A stretch of 64,000 bases of DNA from an uncultured bacterium (GCA_903861205.1 CAIOTC010000022.1:25-64024), one strand, 5' to 3'; positions 45,356 to 55,416 are shown, counted from the first letter of the stretch. Numbers and translations are program-made. Notes: generated from the letters alone by a model not told the origin.

Positions 45356-45742
45356 CTAAAATTGTAAAAATTTTTTGAAACGGTTTCTTCCGACCCGCGG
45401 AGGAATAATCTTTTCCATTTGTGACACAAAACTGTTTTGTTTTTTTATTTCTTTGATAAGATTAGCGAACTTTTCCTCTTCATAAGCAAGAGAAATCCTT
45501 GCAACAGTTGAAGGGCTTACTTTGAGCGCATTTTCAATAGCATAGATTGATTCACCCTGATCAAGTAGGAGAATGATGGCTAGTCTTTTAGCCAGCATTA
45601 GTTTTTCCGTTTTTGTAAAAAGCTCGTCAAAAACTAGCTTGGCATTGCCGGATATTGATAATTCTTTGATTATTTTGTAGAACTGTTTGTGAATTTCCAA
45701 ATATTGCTCTTTTTGGAGCAATCGTTTTGATACATGTGGCAT
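45356..45742 (-). CDS. TrpR-like / YerC-YecD family DNA-binding protein
   Basis: ...FTKTEKLMLAKRLAIILLLDQGESIYAIENALKVSPSTVARI... Confidence 0.65.
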   Translation of the reverse strand: MPHVSKRLLQKEQYLEIHKQFYKIIKELSISGNAKLVFDELFTKTEKLMLAKRLAIILLLDQGESIYAIENALKVSPSTVARISLAYEEEKFANLIKEIKKQNSFVSQMEKIIPPRVGRNRFKKFLQF

Positions 45743-45747
45743 ATTAT

Positions 45748-45771
45748 TATCTTACGATATATCGTAAGATA
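45748..45771. promoter_or_regulatory. 24 bp perfect palindrome tatcttacgatatatcgtaagata, 6 nt upstream of the TrpR-like start codon; putative autoregulatory operator
   Basis: Perfect dyad; same core as at 45316-45351. Confidence 0.5.
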
Positions 45772-45896
45772 ATACAAGTGATATCGCGATCACCTTACGC
45801 ACAACATTGGATACCAACCTGTATCTTGTATAACAAACTTCTGGTGTTATAATTATTTCATTACTCCTTACATATTACTCATTACTTTTTAATTCC

Positions 45897-47486
45897 ATGG
45901 CCGTTTCAAAAATTTATAGCGCGCAGACGACGTTGCTCAACGCTCAAATTATTGATATTGAAATCGATTTGTCGAAAGGACTGCATGCGTTTACTATTGT
46001 CGGTCTGGGGGACACATCAGTCGGTGAGGCCAAGGACAGAGTATCATCGGCCATCAAAAATTCCGGCTTCAAGTCGCCGAAAATGAAAAATCAAAAAGTG
46101 GTCGTATCACTCGCTCCGGCGGACATCAAAAAAGAGGGTCCGCTTTTTGATTTGCCGATCGCCATCGCATATCTCATGGCGGCCGAGGAAATCAGAGTTG
46201 ATACCAAAAATAGAATTTTTGTCGGCGAACTCTCGCTCGATGGAGAACTGCGACCGATCAAAGGCGCGCTACCGATTGCTCAAAAAGCCAAGAAGGAAGG
46301 CTTCACGGAAATATTTTTGCCAAGAGAAAACGCCGAGGAAGCGTCGGCCATCTCCGGCATCACAGTGTACGGCGCAAAAAATCTGATGGAGGTTTTGCAA
46401 CATATAAATGTGAAGAGGCAAAAAGAAAGTGATGAAATTGAAGAAGATGGAAAAAAAGTTATCAAACACTTGGAAATGGCGCCGTATGTCCGGCAAGAAA
46501 AAATTTGCAAAGCACGCGAAATTGATATTGATTTCGCCGACGTCAAAGGTCAAGAATCGGCCAAAAGAGGATTGGAAATCGCGGCAGCCGGCGGACACAA
46601 TATCATCATGTTCGGGCCTCCGGGCACTGGCAAAACGATGTTGGCCAAAGCTTTCACGCACATCTTGCCACCGCTTTCTTTCGACGAAGTGCTCGAGGTT
46701 ACTTCCATTTATTCCATTGGCGGAGAGCTCGAGGGAGGACTGATCGAAGAACCGCCTTTCCGCGCGCCGCACCACACCGCTTCGTATGTTTCGCTGGTCG
46801 GCGGAGGAAATAATTTGCGTCCGGGAGAAATTACCATGGCTCACAAAGGCGTGCTTTTCATGGACGAGTTTCCGGAGTTCGACAAAAAAGTTTTGGAAAC
46901 TTTGCGCCAACCGCTCGAAGACAGGGTGGTGACGGTTTCGCGGGCCAAAGGCACCGCGCGATTTCCGGCCAATTTTATTTTGATCGCCACTATGAATCCG
47001 TGCCCGTGCGGAAATTACGGTGTGAAAGGCAAGGAATGCATTTGCAAATCGCAGGATATTGATAAATATAAAAGAAAATTGTCAGGGCCGATCGCCGACC
47101 GCATCGACATCTGGGTGGAAGTTTCAAAAGTAGAGCACGAAAAACTGACCGACGCGCGCGACAAAAATCTGATGACAGAAATATTAAAGGAACGTGTGAG
47201 GAAAGCGCGGGAAATCCAAAACAAAAGATATGAAAGCTTGGGATTGAAAAATAAAACAAACGCCGAACTGTCGCCAAAACATTTGATTGAATTTGTGAAG
47301 CTCGACGACAAAATCAAAAAAATATTGAACGACAGCGCAAAAAGATTGGATCTGTCTGCTCGCATGTATCACCGCATCATCAAAATCGCCCGCACCATCG
47401 CGGACCTCGCCGGTCGGGAAAATATCGAACAGGATGACATAATGGAAGCGCTGACATACCGCCCGAAAAAATACCAGGTGATATAA
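45897..47486 (+). CDS. comM: Mg-chelatase-like AAA+ ATPase ComM/YifB
   Basis: 529 aa. Lon-like N-domain, Walker A FGPPGTGKTMLAK, Walker B LFMDEFPEF, and a C-terminal domain. Confidence 0.9.
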   Translation: MAVSKIYSAQTTLLNAQIIDIEIDLSKGLHAFTIVGLGDTSVGEAKDRVSSAIKNSGFKSPKMKNQKVVVSLAPADIKKEGPLFDLPIAIAYLMAAEEIRVDTKNRIFVGELSLDGELRPIKGALPIAQKAKKEGFTEIFLPRENAEEASAISGITVYGAKNLMEVLQHINVKRQKESDEIEEDGKKVIKHLEMAPYVRQEKICKAREIDIDFADVKGQESAKRGLEIAAAGGHNIIMFGPPGTGKTMLAKAFTHILPPLSFDEVLEVTSIYSIGGELEGGLIEEPPFRAPHHTASYVSLVGGGNNLRPGEITMAHKGVLFMDEFPEFDKKVLETLRQPLEDRVVTVSRAKGTARFPANFILIATMNPCPCGNYGVKGKECICKSQDIDKYKRKLSGPIADRIDIWVEVSKVEHEKLTDARDKNLMTEILKERVRKAREIQNKRYESLGLKNKTNAELSPKHLIEFVKLDDKIKKILNDSAKRLDLSARMYHRIIKIARTIADLAGRENIEQDDIMEALTYRPKKYQVI

Positions 47487-47514
47487 TATAAAATTTTTTC
47501 AATGTTCGTCCGTG

Positions 47515-47646
47515 CAGTATTTTTCCTCGACCGCCAGTCGTCTCCTGCGGACGACCGGCTCTGATCCTCGGCCGTGACTTGTCAAGATGGAATGCCTTGA
47601 CAAGTCCAAGCTCACGGCCTGCGGAGCCGAGGAAAAACACTGCACT
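47515..47646. repeat. Family B copy 2
   Basis: Same core ctgatcctcggcc..gacttgtcaagatggaatgccttgacaag..cca.gct.ca.ggcctgcggagcc. The outer stem has a different sequence but is still complementary. Confidence 0.7.
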
Positions 47647-47726
47647 ACCGAACCTTTCAAAATTTTATATTAAATTCTTGACTTTTTGCTTGAAAAGTAT
47701 AGTTTGATACATGGAGGAGACATCTT

Positions 47727-48131
47727 ATGTATAACACCAGTATAGTTGTACCCATTGAAAAACGACGACCAAACAAGGTTGATTTACTTCAAATAGAAAT
47801 CAGTTCTTTGCAAGGAGTGTGTGATCATTTATTTGTGCCATTTGAACCAGTGATTCTTCAGGAGTCTTTGGTTCCGGAAATTTTTCTGGCAAATGACAAG
47901 CACGGATACACAAACCCCCCGTGTATTAAAACCCAATGCACACGGTGCAGTTTCCGTAAAGAGTTTTCAGTCACTGACATATGTCCAAAGTGTATGCACG
48001 AAATGATTAAGGGAGAACTTGATCGACCTCGTGAAAAATATCACGGTGAGCAGAATGGATATAATTCTTCCCGGATATACACTTGCAATAAGTGCGGTTT
48101 CACTTTAGTCGCAGACGAATGGGATCAGTAA
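47727..48131 (+). CDS. Cys-rich hypothetical protein (multiple CxxC)
   Basis: 134 aa with CIKTQCTRC, CPKC and CNKC. A TTGACT/TATAGT promoter and a GGAGGA RBS lie upstream. Confidence 0.4.
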   Translation: MYNTSIVVPIEKRRPNKVDLLQIEISSLQGVCDHLFVPFEPVILQESLVPEIFLANDKHGYTNPPCIKTQCTRCSFRKEFSVTDICPKCMHEMIKGELDRPREKYHGEQNGYNSSRIYTCNKCGFTLVADEWDQ

Positions 48132-48213
48132 ATCCAGTCAAGGCGCTTGGTTAATAACCGGCGCTTTTTATTTGTATTTTTCTATTGACTAAAGACTATC
48201 AACTAATGACTGT

Positions 48214-49248
48214 TTAAAAAGGATTCTTGGCGCCACGAACTTCAAAGTGAACGTGATTGCCCGTTGAATTTCCGGTCGAGCCCATTCGGCCGATTGACTG
48301 GCCTTGACTGACACTGTCGCCGACAGAGACGTTGACTTGGGACATGTGACCGTAAACAGTTTGGGTGCCGTTTGCGTGACTGATAACCACATACTCGCCA
48401 TAACCGCCGTTCCAGCCGGAACTTTTGGCCACGATGACCGTACCATCGGCAGCCGCCATGATGTTGGTGCCATAAGCCGAGGCCAAGTCGACGGCGTTGT
48501 GGCCGTGAATGCCTTGCGTTTTGATGCCTCCAACAATCGGTCGCAAATAATAACCGCTATACGACGGAACCGAACCTGTCGAACCCGAACCACCGGATGG
48601 TTTTGATCCACTGCCTGGAGAAATTGGCGTTACTTCGCCGTCCGGAATGAAAATTGTGTCGCCGAGGGCCAGTTTGGAATTTTTGGTTAGGTTGTTGTAT
48701 TGCAAAATTTCGTTCAAGTCGCCGCGGTATTTATTGGCTATGCCTTGCAAAGTATCGCCCTTGACCACAGTGTGAGTAATTCCGGAAATCGGCATGATAA
48801 CAAGCGTTTGACCCTCCTTTATCGTTTTGCCGGAGAGGTCGTTTGCCCAAACGATGGTGTTAGTCGTCACGCCGAACATTTTGGCGATGGCCGGCAAAGT
48901 GTCACCCTTGCGGACAACATACAAACTGATCTGGTCGCTTTGGCTGGTATGGTCCTGGCCGTCAGTAAACGGTCCTTGAGCCTCGGGCAAAATGGATGTT
49001 CCACCTACAATCGAAAGGTCGTTTTTGGTCGTTGACGCGCCGAGGTCGGGGGAGATAGCGGCCTGCAGTAAAGCCATATTTTGCGAGTTCGGCAATTCTT
49101 CGCTTGCGTCCGCCTTGTTGCCGGAAATGAAATCTATGATGGACGAAAAAATACTGGCTTCGGCTCGAAGCGGTGTTAGAAGTGACACAAATAGAATGAA
49201 AACGGGCACCAGTGTCAATATGTTCACCCAGATTTTGCTTGATCCCAC
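48214..49248 (-). CDS. LysM-domain M23 family metallopeptidase
   Basis: Two LysM repeats (YVVRKGDTLPAIAKMFG; HTVVKGDTLQGIANKY) and the M23 core HNAVDLA...GHMS...GSTGNSTGNHVHFEV. Confidence 0.85.
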   Translation of the reverse strand: MGSSKIWVNILTLVPVFILFVSLLTPLRAEASIFSSIIDFISGNKADASEELPNSQNMALLQAAISPDLGASTTKNDLSIVGGTSILPEAQGPFTDGQDHTSQSDQISLYVVRKGDTLPAIAKMFGVTTNTIVWANDLSGKTIKEGQTLVIMPISGITHTVVKGDTLQGIANKYRGDLNEILQYNNLTKNSKLALGDTIFIPDGEVTPISPGSGSKPSGGSGSTGSVPSYSGYYLRPIVGGIKTQGIHGHNAVDLASAYGTNIMAAADGTVIVAKSSGWNGGYGEYVVISHANGTQTVYGHMSQVNVSVGDSVSQGQSIGRMGSTGNSTGNHVHFEVRGAKNPF

Positions 49249-49460
49249 CCTGCCTTGTGGGGTGATTTTAAGACCATTGCTAGATCGAGGATCCTGATTT
49301 TTGCTTATAATAAGCCAAAATTTAACGAAAAATTCTGGATTTCCTGAAAAAATGGCTCTGTTGAGCCAAATGACAATTCTGAAGCTTACATGAATATTAT
49401 ATAGTTTTCTCTGCCAGGGTCAACACAGTTTTGCACTTTCGTGTGTTATATTTTGGAGCA

Positions 49461-49580
49461 CAAATTTCTTACGAGCCAAAGCAATTTTGGAGCACGGATA
49501 TTTTTCTGCTGAAAAATTCCTCAAGCCTCCGCTCGCCAGCGTCCGGAGTCTCCAAAATTGCTTCGTCTCGACGAAATTTG
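49461..49580 (+). repeat. Family C copy 3, with the 32 bp imperfect IR caaatttcttacgagccaaagcaattttggag / ctccaaaattgcttcgtctcgacgaaatttg
   Basis: Identical 70 nt core to copy 2. Confidence 0.75.
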
Positions 49581-49634
49581 TTTAGTGGTTGAGTTGGTTT
49601 AGGAATGGTAAATATTTTATGATAAACTTTCGGG

Positions 49635-51662
49635 ATGGATTATTTGGAAACATTGAATGAGGAGCAGAAAAAGGCGGTTTTGGCGACGGAAGGGCCGGTG
49701 TTGATCGTGGCGGGAGCAGGAGCGGGCAAGACCAAAACCATTACACATAGGATTTTGCATTTAATACGAACAGGAGTCAGACCGGAAAACATTTTGGCCA
49801 TCACTTTCACCAACAAGGCAGCGCGGGAAATGCGCGAGAGGGTGATGCTGTTACTTGAATCCCCGAGGACTGACCTTAAAATTCAAATTTCCCAAGGTCA
49901 GACCTTCGGGATTCCGTTTGTAAGCACTTTTCATGCCCTTGGAGTCCAGATCATCAAAGAAAACGCTCCACTTTTAAAACTGCCGAGGCATTTTACCATT
50001 TTTGACAAATCCGATTCTAAGAAAGCTTTGAAGGACGCTTTTAATTACATTGGTGTCGATCCGAAAGAAGTTATCGAAAAAGTCCAAAATATTATTTCGT
50101 CCGAAAAAGGACGAGGAAACAGCCTGGCGGATTATTTGGAAAGGGGAGCTTATGACTACACATCCGAGCTGACGAAAAAAATTTGGCAGAGATATGAGGA
50201 GATTTTGTCGCGCGATAATGCGCTGGACTTTGACGATTTGCTTCTCAAAACGCTCAAACTGCTTAAAAATCCGGAAGTTTTGGAAAGATATCAAAACAGA
50301 TTTGTTTATATCCACGTGGACGAATACCAGGACACCAACCTGGTGCAGAATGAAATTGTGGCCATGCTGGCGCGGAAAAATAAAAATTTGTGTGTAGTTG
50401 GAGACACGGATCAAAATATTTATTCGTGGCGAGGGGCGGAAATAAAAAACATGTTGCATTTCGAGAGAACGTATCCGGACGTCCAAACTTTTTTCCTGGA
50501 AGAAAATTATCGCTCGACCAAAACCATTTTGGCGGCGGCTAACGATGTCATTCAGAAAAATAAATACAGAATTCCGAAAAAGCTTTTTACCAACAATGGT
50601 GATGGTGAAAAAATCGGCTTGTTTGAAGCGCGAAACGAAACGGATGAGGCGCATTTTATCGCATTGAAATGCAAAGATTTGATTGAAAGTAACGTGCCGG
50701 CCGATGAGATGGCGGTGCTTTTTCGGGCCAATTTCCAGTCACGCGCACTGGAAGAAGCTTTCCTGGCTTACGGTGTGCCGTATCAAATGCTCGGGACTAA
50801 ATTTTTTGAAAGAAAGGAAATCAAAGACGTCATGAGTTTTATCAAAGCTTCGCTTAGCCCGGAAAATTTGTCGGATTTTGCCCGCGTTATAAATGTGCCG
50901 GCGCGTGGCATAGGCAAAACAACGCTCCAAAAAATCGTGGCGGGGAAGGAAAATGAATTGCCGGCCGGTATGCAGTCAAAAATCCAGAATTTCCGAGAAA
51001 TGCTTGCCAGTTTCAAAATAATTTTGGAAAAAGAAAAACCTTCGGTGGCGGTCAAATATATTATCGAAAAATCTGGAATGGAAAAAATGTATTCGACCGG
51101 TCTGGAAGAGGATAGCGACCGGTTAGAAAATATTATGGAGCTCGTTTCATTAGCTACAAAGTATGACCCAGTAGTAGAAGTCGGCATTGTGCCAAAGCAC
51201 GGAGAAGAAGATGCCGACTTCACTACGGGGCAAAGTGCGGAAGAATCGAATGAATCAGCCATCGAAAAATTTCTGACTGATTGTTCACTGACATCGGATC
51301 AAGATTCACTCGACGGACAAAAAACTGGAGTGAAGCTCATGACCGTGCACAGCGCCAAAGGTTTGGAATTTGATTACGTTTTCATTTGCGGACTGGAAGC
51401 CGACCTTTTTCCGCACAAAGGGTTTGGCGAAAAGCGCAAATCCGGCGAGGAGTCGGAGGAGGAGCGCCGACTTTTTTACGTCGCTTTGACGCGAGCAAGA
51501 AAAAAACTTTTTCTGACTCACGCCGGAACACGAACCATTTTCGGTTCGCAGGAAGTGAACTCTCCGTCGGAATTTTTGGACGATGTGGCGGATAAATATG
51601 TGGAGAAAGAGTCGTATTTCGGCGTCGAAAAAAGTGAGCCGATTTTCAAAATTGAGTTTTAA
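49635..51662 (+). CDS. pcrA: ATP-dependent DNA helicase PcrA/UvrD
   Basis: AGAGAGKT Walker A, DEYQDTN, VGDTDQNIYSWRGA, and C-terminal VALTRARKKL. Confidence 0.9.
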   Translation: MDYLETLNEEQKKAVLATEGPVLIVAGAGAGKTKTITHRILHLIRTGVRPENILAITFTNKAAREMRERVMLLLESPRTDLKIQISQGQTFGIPFVSTFHALGVQIIKENAPLLKLPRHFTIFDKSDSKKALKDAFNYIGVDPKEVIEKVQNIISSEKGRGNSLADYLERGAYDYTSELTKKIWQRYEEILSRDNALDFDDLLLKTLKLLKNPEVLERYQNRFVYIHVDEYQDTNLVQNEIVAMLARKNKNLCVVGDTDQNIYSWRGAEIKNMLHFERTYPDVQTFFLEENYRSTKTILAAANDVIQKNKYRIPKKLFTNNGDGEKIGLFEARNETDEAHFIALKCKDLIESNVPADEMAVLFRANFQSRALEEAFLAYGVPYQMLGTKFFERKEIKDVMSFIKASLSPENLSDFARVINVPARGIGKTTLQKIVAGKENELPAGMQSKIQNFREMLASFKIILEKEKPSVAVKYIIEKSGMEKMYSTGLEEDSDRLENIMELVSLATKYDPVVEVGIVPKHGEEDADFTTGQSAEESNESAIEKFLTDCSLTSDQDSLDGQKTGVKLMTVHSAKGLEFDYVFICGLEADLFPHKGFGEKRKSGEESEEERRLFYVALTRARKKLFLTHAGTRTIFGSQEVNSPSEFLDDVADKYVEKESYFGVEKSEPIFKIEF

Positions 51663-51919
51663 CGTTTCTTTTTGTAGATATGACGCCGATGATCAACCAT
51701 TTGAATTACAATGGCTTCTCCAAGAACTTTGTATAAAACCCTATAATCTCCCACGCGCAGTTTGTATATTCCTTTCAAATCATAGTGCAAAAGTTCCGGT
51801 ATTATATTTTCGTAGTTCTCCGCCAACCACGACACCTTGGCAACAATTTTTTTAGCAATAGAAAAATCAATTGATTCTAGGTCATCAACAGCCCGCTTAT
51901 CCCATTTAACTGACACCAT
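51659..51919 (-). CDS. RelE/ParE family type II toxin
   Basis: ...LKGIYKLRVGDYRVLYKVLGEAIVIQMVDHRRHIY. Confidence 0.7.
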   Translation of the reverse strand: MVSVKWDKRAVDDLESIDFSIAKKIVAKVSWLAENYENIIPELLHYDLKGIYKLRVGDYRVLYKVLGEAIVIQMVDHRRHIYKKKR

Positions 51920-52100
51920 ATTTTTTCAAAACTTGATTGTGAGAAACAAGAAGCGACTTATTGTTCATACGTGTTTTCAATTTTTTGAGAAAAGATTTGT
52001 CCAGCGTTAAAAGACTGTCGGGATCTCCGAGTAATTCATTTAATTTCTTTTCAACAAGAAAATCTATTTTTTTATTGAGATATTCTAAGGTCATTTTCAT
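51906..52100 (-). CDS. Putative antitoxin partner (64 aa), overlapping the toxin start
   Basis: MKMTLEYLNKKIDFLVEKKLNELLGDPDSLL...; 14 nt overlap with the toxin ORF. No family assigned. Confidence 0.45.
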   Translation of the reverse strand: MKMTLEYLNKKIDFLVEKKLNELLGDPDSLLTLDKSFLKKLKTRMNNKSLLVSHNQVLKKYGVS

Positions 52101-52158
52101 ATTATAACATAAGCGACATTTTTTCACAAAAAGATGAAAAGAATGTATAATTCGCAAC

Positions 52159-53007
52159 ATGCAAGCAAAGAAATCACTGGGACAACATTTTTTGAAGTCA
52201 CAAAAAGCCATTGAAACGATGGTGAAAACTTCTGGCGCACAGACCGGTGATTTGGTGTTGGAAATTGGGCCGGGAATGGGGGTTTTGACGGAAGCGCTTT
52301 TGCAGGCTGGTGCAAGCGTGGTGGCAGTAGAAAAAGATGATTTGCTCATTCCTGTTTTGGAAGAGAAGTTTGAGAAAGAAATAAAATCTGGACAACTGAA
52401 ATTGATTCACGATGATATTTTAAATTTTGACGTGTCAAAGGTGCCCTTTGGCGGTTCCGAATTGCCAAGGGGCACCCTTGACACTTATAAACTTGTAGCA
52501 AATATTCCATATTACATTACCGGACAAATTATCAGAATATTTTTGGAAGCGGAAAATCAGCCGGAGTCGATGACTTTGCTCGTCCAAAAAGAAGTGGCCG
52601 AGAGAATCGTGGCTCGTGACGAAAAAGAAAGTTTGCTTTCGCTTTCGGTCAAAGCCTACGGCACGCCGAAATATGTTGAGAAAGTCCCACGCGGAGCTTT
52701 CGCTCCGGCACCGAACGTCGATTCGGCCATCATTCACATTTCAAACATTTCCAAAAATAATTTTCGCAAGAACGGTTCTTGCGAAAAATGTGAAAAAGAA
52801 TTTTTTGAGTTGATCCATGCCGGATTCGCTCACAAACGTAAAATGCTTTTGCCAAACCTCTCCTCGCTTTACGCAAAAGACGCGCTTTCGCGCGCCTTCG
52901 CAGAATGTAAACTTGATGTCAAATGCCGAGCAGAAGACGTTCCTCTCCAAAAATGGTTTGAACTTCTGCGAGAACTGTTCTCGCAAGAAGAAATTATTGA
53001 ACGGTAA
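52159..53007 (+). CDS. rsmA: 16S rRNA (adenine1518/1519-N6)-dimethyltransferase RsmA/KsgA
   Basis: LGQHFL..., VLEIGPGMGVLTEAL, NIPYYITGQI. It contains an in-frame 63 bp palindrome (52432-52494). Confidence 0.85.
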   Translation: MQAKKSLGQHFLKSQKAIETMVKTSGAQTGDLVLEIGPGMGVLTEALLQAGASVVAVEKDDLLIPVLEEKFEKEIKSGQLKLIHDDILNFDVSKVPFGGSELPRGTLDTYKLVANIPYYITGQIIRIFLEAENQPESMTLLVQKEVAERIVARDEKESLLSLSVKAYGTPKYVEKVPRGAFAPAPNVDSAIIHISNISKNNFRKNGSCEKCEKEFFELIHAGFAHKRKMLLPNLSSLYAKDALSRAFAECKLDVKCRAEDVPLQKWFELLRELFSQEEIIER

Positions 53008-54496
53008 TCGTTACTATACTGGTCATCCCGTTGTACGTCACGGCGATCGTTGCTGTGCCTTTTGAGACCGCCATAACTTGACCGCTGTGATCGGCGCTTG
53101 CGGCGTACGGATTGAATGTGACCATTTTGGCCACGGCCGGATTGCTTGAAATCCAGCTGGCTTGCGTTGTAATGGCCGACAAAGAACCTCCTGTCGTAGA
53201 ATTCTGCCAGGCTAAAAATTGGTAAGCGCTTCCGACCGACAGTGTGATGCTCGATGGCTGGACCAAAATATTTCCGTTGGTCGTCGCTCCTCCCGGCGAT
53301 GATGTATTACACGACGCTTTGCCGTTTATGAACGCTCTCGTGCTGGAACCAACATAACCCGTCCCGGCAGTCAAACCAAGTGGTGTCAAAATCTGGTCAG
53401 CATATTTTTCCTGGTAGGCAACAACAGCCTGATAAACAGCGTCATCGAATGTGCTTTGCGACTGAGGTAAAAGCCCTTCTCCGGCCAAAACGCCTGTTAA
53501 ATATGTTACGGCTGTTCCACTGTCACCTTTTTGGAGGTCGGATGTCAGAGGAATGCACGACGTTGAACCAGATGTTGAACTATTTGTAGTCGCAGGGGAT
53601 GGTGGCACATATTGGCTGAGCTGGCCCTGTAAATCGGCCAGTTGTTTTTTGTACGTGGCAATCATATTGCTCACATAATTCGTCGTGGCTTGTTGCGCAG
53701 TTGATGCGTTGGTCACGACAACAGGCGTCGTCTGGTTTCCGCCAGTCGTAATGCCCGAACCGCTTGGATTTATAGCTGCGCCGTTGGAAAAACTACCTTT
53801 GGCGCCTGTCATATCGGTCACCCAGTTGGTGTAAGCGTTTTGGGACAAATTACCTCCGTAGCCAAAATATCTGTCCAGGGCGTATCCGGCATTAACCATC
53901 TCTCCATTTGGCAATTTGATATAGGCCTGATCGGGATTATAAGTTCCGCCGAGCAAATTTTGAGGAACCATAACCACCGTACCGCCCGTACATGCTGCCA
54001 GTTTTTGCGCGGCATCAGTTGTAGCATACCAAAGAGGGTTTATCGGCACTTCAGGCTGAACTCCAGTTTGAGGATCAGGAAAACTCAAGCCTTTTACGTC
54101 ATTCTGGAGATAATTACTCGATGATCCACTGAAATTGCAGCTAACACCGTCAACCGGCGCAATAGTTATCGTGCCAGTCCCGCCATTTGAGCCGTTGTTT
54201 ACGGGCGGTAAAGTTGCGCAAGCATTGTAACAATTCGAAACGGTGTAAGCGCCCTGGCCAGTCGGATCAAGTTCGCATGAGTTGCCGGTGCATTTGTAGC
54301 GCACGGGAATCGGTGAACCGGCCACGCAGGAATTGTTGCAGGTGGCGGTGGAATACGGGCCATAGCCGGAAATAGCAGTGCATTGACCTCCAACGCAAGC
54401 ATAATCAGCATGAGTTAATGTTGGTAAAACAAATAAAAAGACTAAACTTAACGAAAATAAAATAAAATATTTTTTCATATGCACATATTGTATCAT
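52994..54496 (-). CDS. Secreted protein with a Cys-rich N-region, a peptidoglycan-binding (PG_binding_1-like) domain and a C-terminal Big_2 Ig-like domain
   Basis: Signal peptide MKKYFILFSLSLVFLFVLPTLTHA; LQKGDSGTAVTYLTGVLAGEGLL...AVYQAVVAYQEKY; the C-terminus ...AITTQASWISSNPAVAKMV...ATIAVTY.. is Big_2-like. Confidence 0.65.
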   Translation of the reverse strand: MIQYVHMKKYFILFSLSLVFLFVLPTLTHADYACVGGQCTAISGYGPYSTATCNNSCVAGSPIPVRYKCTGNSCELDPTGQGAYTVSNCYNACATLPPVNNGSNGGTGTITIAPVDGVSCNFSGSSSNYLQNDVKGLSFPDPQTGVQPEVPINPLWYATTDAAQKLAACTGGTVVMVPQNLLGGTYNPDQAYIKLPNGEMVNAGYALDRYFGYGGNLSQNAYTNWVTDMTGAKGSFSNGAAINPSGSGITTGGNQTTPVVVTNASTAQQATTNYVSNMIATYKKQLADLQGQLSQYVPPSPATTNSSTSGSTSCIPLTSDLQKGDSGTAVTYLTGVLAGEGLLPQSQSTFDDAVYQAVVAYQEKYADQILTPLGLTAGTGYVGSSTRAFINGKASCNTSSPGGATTNGNILVQPSSITLSVGSAYQFLAWQNSTTGGSLSAITTQASWISSNPAVAKMVTFNPYAASADHSGQVMAVSKGTATIAVTYNGMTSIVTITVQ

Positions 54497-54531
54497 TTTT
54501 TCTTGCTCCGCATGATATACTTATACACAAC

Positions 54532-55371
54532 ATGCCGGAAACAAACACCCGAAAAATTTTTGTTGTGCTTATCATTTGCCTGGCTATCGTGGCATCAGTG
54601 GCCATTTGGCAATGGCGAGCAAACTCGGCAACGTCGGAAACTCCAGCAAACACCGCCGACGTTGTTTCTGACAACTCAAACACAGACAACGCCAACTCCG
54701 CCGCGCAAAACTGGCAGGGAATTTTGTCGAATATAAAAAGCGACACCACGTCCGTTTTGGCGAACAATGACACGACAAATCCAACAGACGGAACATTGAC
54801 CGCCCAAATGGCCCAGGACTTTTTCTCCCAATATCTCGCTTTGAAACAAAACAACGGCACAGTCACGGCTGATGAAGCCAACCAAATCGCTCAAAGCACA
54901 CTGACTGGCGCAGCCTACACCAACGCCACCGGCGTCCAATATACGGCCAAGGATCTGCATATAAACGCGCAAACAAGCAGGGAGATCGTGCAGAAATATC
55001 ATGACGTTATAAACACAAGCCTTAAAAACAGAGCATTGAAAAATAAAGTTGACCCCCTTGCAATTCTCAACAGCGCGGTGAAAAACGGAAGCACTGCTGA
55101 CTTGGCAGAACTCAACCCTCTTATTGTAAATTTCAAAGGCGTTGTTTCAGATCTTGCCAGTATGTCAGTGCCAGCCGACGCCACCCAAGTCCATTTGGAT
55201 TTTCTAAACGCTTACAGCAATATTTTGGCCAATTTAGAATCAATGAAACTGACATTCTCCGACCCGGTTAAAAGTTTTGCCGCAGTCAGCCAATACAAAC
55301 AACACCTAGCAGATTTGCAAACTGCCGTGCAAAAAATTGACGCATATTTTTTGGCAAAATTAAAAAGTTAA
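54532..55371 (+). CDS. Membrane-anchored hypothetical protein (N-terminal TM helix, extracytoplasmic domain)
   Basis: 279 aa. N-terminus IFVVLIICLAIVASVAIW. Confidence 0.45.
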   Translation: MPETNTRKIFVVLIICLAIVASVAIWQWRANSATSETPANTADVVSDNSNTDNANSAAQNWQGILSNIKSDTTSVLANNDTTNPTDGTLTAQMAQDFFSQYLALKQNNGTVTADEANQIAQSTLTGAAYTNATGVQYTAKDLHINAQTSREIVQKYHDVINTSLKNRALKNKVDPLAILNSAVKNGSTADLAELNPLIVNFKGVVSDLASMSVPADATQVHLDFLNAYSNILANLESMKLTFSDPVKSFAAVSQYKQHLADLQTAVQKIDAYFLAKLKS

Positions 55372-55416
55372 AAAATTTTACTTTTCAACAGAGCACGCTG
55401 GGATTTTAAATGAGTA

